Assembly (NCBI GenBank): GCA_002269645.1 | Contig: NIVC01000186.1 | Location: 186,001-250,000 of the forward strand | Reading direction: 5' to 3' | From: Macrostomum lignano | Lineage: Eukaryota | Length of the DNA: 64,000 nt | Shown: positions 34,126 through 64,000 of the stretch, one piece after another | How positions within the stretch are numbered: position 1 is the first letter of the stretch | Layout: each line of letters begins with the position of its first letter | Made by a program: the position numbers and the translations under genes | Notes under the pieces: model-generated | Told to the model about the DNA's origin: nothing | What the model saw: only the letters and a program-made list of their open reading frames with translations | The model's database searches: none

Positions 34126-36608
34126 CGTCCCTCCGGCCGCCGTGTCCCCAGCAGAGGCAGCGGTGTGGCTTCTAACGGCGGGGGCGGCGGCGGCGGAGAC
34201 GGCAGCGCCGTCAGCGAGTCCCGGGACTCCTCCTCGTCCACTTCCTCCTCTTCTTCGTCATCCTCTTCCTCCTCGTCACCTTCAGCGTGAGCGGCTCTGG
34301 CTAAGCCGGCGGTCCTCGGTGGCAGCGGGGTGCCGGCCGCCGAGCAGCCCAGGTCGGCGAGGTAGCCGGCGGCCAGGTCGGCCTCCGGGTACAGTGCCTC
34401 CTCGCGGTAGTCGGTGAGGCCGGCCAGGTCCGGGTCAAGACTGTCGAACTCAGTTGACGGCGAGTTGATGATGCGATCCAGGGTGGATGGGCGGCCTTCT
34501 GCATCGCGGCGTCGCAGCTCTGCTGGCTGTTGCTGCTCGTGAAGCACCTCCTCCGACACCTGCTTGTGCTGTTCCTGTTGGCCTTGCTCCGTCTCTTGAT
34601 GCACTTCCGGTTGCTCATCTCTTAACTCTTGTTGCACTTCCGGTTGCTCATCTCTTAACTCATGATGCACTTCCGGTTGTTCATCGCTTAACTCTTGATG
34701 CACTTCCGGTTGCTCATCTCTTAACTCATGATGCACGTCCGGTTGCTCATCTCTTAACTCTTGATGCACTTCCGGTTGGTCCGGCTGTTGCGTAAGCTCT
34801 TTAGTATGTCCAAAATCCAACAAGTTTTCATCGTCCAACAAGTTATGAACTACAGGCTGAGGTTCTTCTGACTCTTCCGGCTGAGGTTCCAGTGAGAACT
34901 GCTCTTCTGGCTGAGTTTCCGGTGGGAACTGCTCTTCTGGCTGAGTTTCCGGTGGGAACTGCTCTTCTGGCTGAGGTTCCGGTGAGAACTGCTCTTCTGG
35001 TTGAGGTTCCAGTGAGAACTGCTCTTCTGGCTGAGTTTCCGGTGGGAACTGCTCTTCTGGCTGAGGTTCCGGTGAGAACTGCTCTTCTGGTTGAGGTTCC
35101 AGTGAGAACTGCTCTTCTGGTTGAGGTTCCGGTGGGAACTGCTCTTCTAGCTGAGGTTCCGGTTGGAACTGCTCTTCTAGCTGAGGTTCCGGTTGGAACT
35201 GCTTTTCTGGCTGAGGTTCCGGTTGGAACTGCTCTTCTGGCTGAGGTTCCGGTGGGAACTGCTCTTCTAGCTGAGGTTCCGGTTGGAACTGCTCTTCTGG
35301 CTGAGGTTCTGGTGGGAACTGCTCTTCTGGCTGAGGTTCTGGTGGGAACTGCTCTTCTGGCTCAGGTTCTGGTGGGAACTGCTCTTCCGGCTGAGGTTCT
35401 GGTGGGAATTGATCTTCCGGTTGAGATTCCTGTGGGAATTGATCTTCCGGTTGAGATTCCTGTGGGAATTGATCTTCCGGTTGAGATTCCTGTGGGAATT
35501 GATCTTCCGGTTGAGATTCCTGTGGATACGGATCTTCCGGTTGAGATTCCTGTAGATACGGATCTTCCGGTTGAGATTCCTGTGGATACGGATCTTCCAG
35601 TTGAGATTCCTGTGGATACGGATCTTCCGGTTGAGATTCCTGTTGGAATTGATCTTCCGGTTGAGATTCCTGTGGATACGGATCTTCCGGTTGAGATTCC
35701 TGTGGATACGGATCTTCCGGTTGAGATTCCTGTGGATACTGATCTTCCGGTTGAGATTCCTGTGGATACGGATCTTCCGGTTGAGATTCCTGTGGGAATC
35801 GATCTTCCGGTTGAGATTCCTGTGGATACGGATCTTCCGGTTGAGATTCCTGTGGATACTGATCTTCCGGTTGAGATTCCTGTGGATACGGATCTTCCAG
35901 TTGAGATTCCTGTGGATACGGATCTTCCGGTTGAGATTCCTGTTGGAATTGATCTTCCGGTTGAGATTCCTGTGGATACGGATCTTCCGGTTGAGATTCC
36001 TGTAGATACGGATCTTCCGGTTGAGATTCCTGTGGGTACTGATCTTCCGGTTGAGATTCCTGTGGATACGGATCTTCCGGTTGAGATTCCTGTTGGAATT
36101 GATCTTCCGGTTGAGATTCCTGTTGGAATTGATCTTCCGGTTGAGATTCCTGTTGGAATTGATCTTCTGGTTGAGATTCCTGTTGGAATTGATCTTCCGG
36201 TTGAGATTCCTGTTGGAATTGATCTTCCGGTTGAGATTCCTGTTGGAATTGATCTTCCGGTTGAGATTCCTGTTGGAATTGATCTTCTGGTTGAGATTCC
36301 TGTTGGAATTGATCTTCCGGTTGAGATTCCTGTTGGAATTGATCTTCCGGTTGAGATTCCTGTTGGAATTGATCTTCTGGTTGAGATTCCTGTTGGAATT
36401 GATCTTCTGGTTGAGATTCCTGTTGGAATTGATCTTCCGGTTGAGATTCCTGTTGGAATTGATCTTCCGGTTGAGATTCCTGTTGGAATTGATCTTCCGG
36501 TTGAGATTCCGGTGTACAATGGTCAGGCATAGTCTCTCGCTGATGCTGCAGTACAGATCCTTCGTCCTGTGAATTCTCTGTGCACTGACTCTGGTCTGGC
36601 AGCTCCAT
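34126..36608 (-). CDS. Large exon encoding an acidic Gln/Glu/Pro/Asp repeat protein of unknown function
   Basis: 828-codon ORF with 30-bp (QQESQPEDQF, PQESQPEDPY, PPEPQPEEQF) and 33-bp (DEQPEVHQELR) frame-preserving repeats. Both flanks are non-repetitive and coding-like, and there is a strong donor CG|GTGAGT at 34126/34125. No partner exons identified. Confidence 0.55.
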
Positions 36609-37869
36609 TCGATCGGCAAGGCCTGCGCTTGTCAGTGCACCAGAAGTGTACAGCAGAGTAGTAAAGGCTGCTACCTGCTGCTATCAGCCGCTCTCCGTTC
36701 TCTTATCGTTGCGTTAACACTGGCTCTTGGTAGCCCTCCCTAGAGCGCTAAATTTTATTGAATCGACCTCCCACTGCCAGCCGTTCCTCACCCCTAATCT
36801 CCCTCCTCTGTCTTCCCATCCCCTCCACCACTCTCTCCCTCTTCCCCCGACAAGACGGGAGGACGGACCCGAAGTCCTCACTATTGGCTAGGGGAGTAAA
36901 CAGAGAGGGGAAGAGAGGAGCAGTGAGCCAGAGCGAAGTGGTCGCCCGCCCGTGTCCATACGACCCCCCACCCCGGCAGCGGGCGTGTAGCGAGGGAGGC
37001 CCCTGGGAATGCCGTGCGCACCCTGCTACTGCCATGCCGGGTGTACCTCCCGCAGCTTGCATGATTCTATCCCCAGCCCTGTCCAGCATGGTTGGGGGTT
37101 TATCGGCTGATTTTTGTAAAATTGAAGCTGTCCCAGAAAGCTGGGGAGCATTAAAGCAAGTTGCATGGGCAAGCGCACGCTTCAGACAGACAGTCGGTCA
37201 GACACACAACATCCCATCCTCCATGCGGGGGTTGATAGCCTTCCAGTTCCCTGCAGCCTTGGGAGCTGAAAGTTGTAAAAAAATACAAACAGCTTTGGCC
37301 TGCTGCTGCACTTTGTGCACCGAGTAGCTGGCGAGATTGCGGCACTTGACTTGATCGACGAGACAGACAGAGAGGGAGCGGGGAGAAAAGGGAGTGAAAC
37401 TAAAAGAGTGGCTAAGAGAGTGATGAGGTTTGGCTGCCGAGAGAGAGGGGGGAAATTCTTTGCTTCAAGAAATTTGCCGCCCAGACACTGCGGGCATTGG
37501 TTAAGATGATTGAAACGTGTTCCCGCAGCCGGACAGAATGCAGCATGAAGAAGTGTACCAAAGAAAAATTCCCAGAGGCTGCCTGCCGACGGATGACTCA
37601 TGCGGAACACAGGAGAGGAGTAAGTCAAACGCGTTCACAGCAGGATCTTTCGCGTCATCTGGGCAGTGCAAATACTCAACTCAAAAAAGCACTCAGCATA
37701 CGGAACCAGGTGCGCGCTGATATTGGAAGGCAGAGGGTATCTATAGGCAATGAGTCACTCACCCGACCTGGAATATTCAGAAAAATAATCGTTGTACGCT
37801 GGAAGAGGTCTAAGAACTACTATTAAGAAACCTTACCTTATTCATTTGGGCCTTGAGTGCAATTGGCCA

Positions 37870-38000
37870 GGGGTTGTACGAGGGCCAACCAGCCCCCAAG
37901 GCGCAGAAAGTGTACATGCCTGACGATTAGAAAGTCAGGGATGCTGTACACCCTGCGTGAGCGTGTGTGTGAGTGCGTGCGTACACATATACACATAAAT
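37870..38000 (+). mobile_element. Fragment of SINE-related element type B
   Basis: Shares the CAAGG..GTGTACATGCCT..ACGAT..AAAGT..AGGG..CTGTACAC core with SINE A. Confidence 0.6.
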
Positions 38001-38042
38001 ATTGGATCAGACTAAAATTTCACGAAATTGAGTGTGGGGAGT

Positions 38043-38364
38043 TTAGAGGATGTGTGCACCCTGGCGAACTTTAAGCGACATTGTCACACAACCGGCGAGA
38101 GGCATTACTGCCCATTCCACAGACTCCCCTGAGCAGGCACACAAGCGCGCGGATACGTACGCAGTCATACGCACAGGCACACACTCACACAGGAGTGTAC
38201 AGCGGCCCTAACTTTATTTATCGTTAGGCATGTACACTTCCCTGCGCCTTGGGGGTTGGCCCAAGCCGAGATTCCAATTCAGCCCCAAATTAATGTGACT
38301 GCACTTGGAACTGAACCTGGGCCGCTGGCACATCAGAGAACTGGGCCAGACTTCTGGGCTACGG
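38043..38364 (-). mobile_element. Second copy of tRNA-derived SINE A
   Basis: Reverse complement of most of 7268-7617, with small indels. No poly(A) or TSD seen. Confidence 0.85.
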
Positions 38365-39029
38365 ATTTTTCAAATATCAAAGTTTGAAAAAAGCAAGCGG
38401 AGCTTGATCAGTAATGCAGAATATGCTTTTAAATTAGTCAATTAGCCGAAAAGTTCAATAGCTTTATAGAAAACTTTTATTAGTCGAATTTTATTAAAGT
38501 ACGCGGTGCACTACTATCAGCAGGCAGCTCGGGCTCAAGCGCAAAGAAAAACTTACAGAGCCGGAGAATGCAGAGAAGGATAAAAAAGCATTTGAAATCC
38601 CAGTCTGTCTCTCAGTGCCTAACCGACTTGGTGTATTGCGGAACAATGAAAATGTACAGAACTTCAGCCAGTAATGCAGTATAAGTGCCAGTTATTGTGC
38701 TATAATTTACTTAACATAAGTAATATATATGCATCTTACTTCAACTATAATTTCAACTATAGAAGTAATCATTTCTTAATAAAACGTATGAATTAAGCAA
38801 TAAAAATATGAATATATACTATAATATAACTTTTCCTATTATATAACTATACCGTAGTTTAGCCAGTGCAACAAAGGAATCAAAGCAGAGAGATTAATAG
38901 GAGATTCATTAAAGAAAAAACAGCAAAACAGTCATGCGATGACGATAAAGTACTGAATATCAATAATTATAATTATAGCCAGTCTAGAGCCTCCGTGAGC
39001 CTGCGCCTGTTAGAGTCTCAGCGAATTTA

Positions 39030-39740
39030 GAAGGAAAATCTCACCTTAAAGAAATGTAGGGATTCAAAATCTCACCCCATAGAAATGTAGGGATTCAAAA
39101 TCTCACCCTAAGGAAATGTAGAGACCCTCAATCTCACCCAAAAGAAATTTAGGGATCCAAAATCTCACCCTAAAGAAATGTAGGGATTCAAAATCTCACC
39201 CTAGAGAAATGTAGGGATTCAAAATCTCATCCTACAGAAATGTATGGATTCAAAATCTCACCCTAAAGAAATGTAGGGATCCTAAATCTCACCCCATAGA
39301 AATGTAGGGATTCAAAATCTCACCCTAAAGAAATGTATGGATTCAAAATCTCACCCTAAAGAAATGTATGGATTCAAAATCTCACCCTAAAGAAATGTAT
39401 GGATTCAAAATCTCACCCTAAAGAAATGTACATAGATTCAAAATCTCACCCTAAAGAAATGTAGGGATTCAAAATCTCACCCTAAAGAAATGTACATAGA
39501 TTCAAAATCTCACCCTAAAGAAATTTAGGGATTCAAAATCTCACCCTAAAGAAATGTAGAGATTCAAAATCTCACCCTAAAGAAATTTAGGGTTCCAAAA
39601 TCTTACCCTAAATAAATGTAGGGATTCAAAATCTCACTCTAAAGAAACGTAAGGATTCAATATCTCACCCTAAGGAAAGGCAGGGATTCTAAATCTCACG
39701 CTAAAGAAATGTAGGGATCCTAAATCTCACCTACTGATAA
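39030..39740. repeat. 31-bp minisatellite (AAAATCTCACCCTAAAGAAATGTAGGGATTC)n
   Basis: Visible degenerate tandem copies. Confidence 0.92.
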
Positions 39741-40524
39741 ATCTCAGGACTCAAAATCTCCAACCGCCCAGTTCACTCAGCCCCAAAGGCGCAGGCTCAG
39801 CTACACTTCAGCACTGAGCCAGTTAGTCTAGCACTAATTAATAGTTAATTAAACAACCTGTAGTAAAAGTTGAGACACACACAAAGAAGACCGATAGCTC
39901 AGCTGAGGAAGTTCTGAATTAGTACATCTCAGACCCTGTGCTGCAAATTCACAGGTAAGCAGAATAAATGATAGATAGATTAATGACATCAAACAGAAGA
40001 CGGCATAATAAAAAATAAAGGAAGGAAAAAAATGAAACGCAGGCATGCGAATGTGCGTCCTCCAAAAAAAGTGAGCGCAAATGTAGAAAAAAGGAAAATA
40101 AAAAATGAAAATATTGCATAAGTAGTATGCCTAGCGCATGACCAGAATTATAACAGATAGCATTGGTGACATAAAATATAAAAATGTATAAACAAATACA
40201 ATATTTCGTTGCGCCAGACTAGAAATGTGCTTGCTAATAAAAATGGAACAGTTTATACTACTGAAAGTGTAAGCCGATTCCAGTAGTAAGAAATGTGTAT
40301 CTAAACGTGTGCATATAAATGTTTTATTAATAAAATAGGAAAAAAATAATGTTCTAGCAAAAACGGATAGGCTGTTGCTCTCGGGGCGAGAACAATTGAC
40401 TAGAAGTGAGCAGCAAACTCGGCAGCAGTTCGACGGGGAAAAATGGACAGGCAGGGGGAGACAGAACTCACGACAGGCTGACGAACTCTGATTTCTTTCA
40501 TCTAGTTCACATCCTAGGTGAGTC

Positions 40525-41040
40525 AAATCCTCAAAATCTCACACTATGTGTGTCAAAATTCCTCAAAATCTCACACTCTAAGAGTGTCAAAATTCCTCAA
40601 AATCTCACACTCTAAGAGTGTCAAAATTCCTCAAAATCTCACACTCTAAGAGTGTCAAAATTCCTCAAAATCTAACACTCTAAGAGTGTCAAAATTCCTC
40701 AAAATCTCACACTCTAAGAGTGTCAAAATTCCTCAAAATCTCACACTCTAAGAGTGTCAAAATTCCTCAAAATCTCACAATCTAAGAGTGTCAAAATTCC
40801 TCAAAATCTCACACTCTAAGAGTGTCAAAATTCCTCAAAATCTCACACTCTAAGTGTGTCAAATTCCTCAAAATCTCACACTCTAAGAGTGACAAAATTC
40901 CTCAAAACCTCACACTCTAAGAGTGTCAAAATTCCTCAAAATCTCACACTCTAAGAGTGTCAAAATTCCTCAAAATCTCACACTCTAAGTGTGTCAAATC
41001 CTTAAAATCTCACACTCTAACTGTGTCAAATCCTCAAAAT
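40525..41040. repeat. 34-bp minisatellite (AAAATCTCACACTCTAAGAGTGTCAAAATTCCTC)n
   Basis: About 15 copies. Confidence 0.93.
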
Positions 41041-41194
41041 TTCATAACCCAAGCCTGAACTCTCACAGAGCAAAGCGAAAAGGCCTCAAAACAGTCCAGT
41101 CGGTCACCATGCAGGGTCACATACAAAAAGTGGCAATGGCGGGTTACTGCAGGACAAGCGCCTGAAAAAGAAACAGTCATTCACTCTCTCTTCT

Positions 41195-63821
<22,627 letters not shown>

Positions 63822-64000
63822 CTGCGGGTGTCAGGTGTGAGGAGTCAGTTACCGCAATTGTACCCGTTTAAAACGATACCATGACAAGAATCGCTAAAGA
63901 GTCATTGCAAACAACTCTCTAGTGACTCTAGGGACTCTCTGGCAACTCTTGAGACTTTTTACCGACTCAAACGCGTCTAATGCGACGGAGAGGCGACTGT

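Noticed and set aside
34892-36619. Alternative-frame and + strand ORFs (546, 450 and 385 aa) over the 30-bp repeat
   Set aside because: They end at or near the repeat edges. Only the 828-aa frame continues through unique sequence to a donor site.

Overview
Metazoan genomic DNA with GT-AG introns and minisatellite-packed introns; a free-living flatworm such as Macrostomum is my guess, not something the sequence proves. I hand-spliced three minus-strand genes. (1) A myophilin/MP20/transgelin-like calponin-homology gene, exons 912-862, 647-536 and 344-121, running off the left edge. (2) A complete 8-exon DUF4140/DUF4139 gene (F37C4.5/MuiA-like, about 656 aa) at 28331-6436. (3) Thirteen exons of CAPS/CADPS (unc-31) at 63821-41195, with the 5' end off the right edge and one probable GC-AG intron. 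A fourth candidate gene is a large exon encoding an acidic Q/E/P/D repeat protein (36608-34126). Mobile DNA includes a near full-length non-LTR retrotransposon (ORF1 plus APE-RT-RNaseH-CCHC ORF2, (TAG)n tail) inside DUF4139 intron 5, and a tRNA-headed SINE family with a conserved hairpin. The most striking element is a 2998-bp foldback-type DNA transposon (1720-4717) inserted at AAA|TTT with no target-site duplication, the signature of Spy/PHIS elements. Its terminal inverted repeats have been amplified into arrays of a 161-bp unit (about 9.5 copies left, 2.7 right) around a decayed transposase-like C-terminal fragment. Other oddities are a 2.6-kb near-perfect (ATCT)n abutting a 272-bp triplication and a 60-nt unique insert inside a 17-bp minisatellite. 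Most long ORFs in the supplied track are tandem-repeat artefacts. All analysis was by eye; no database searches were run.
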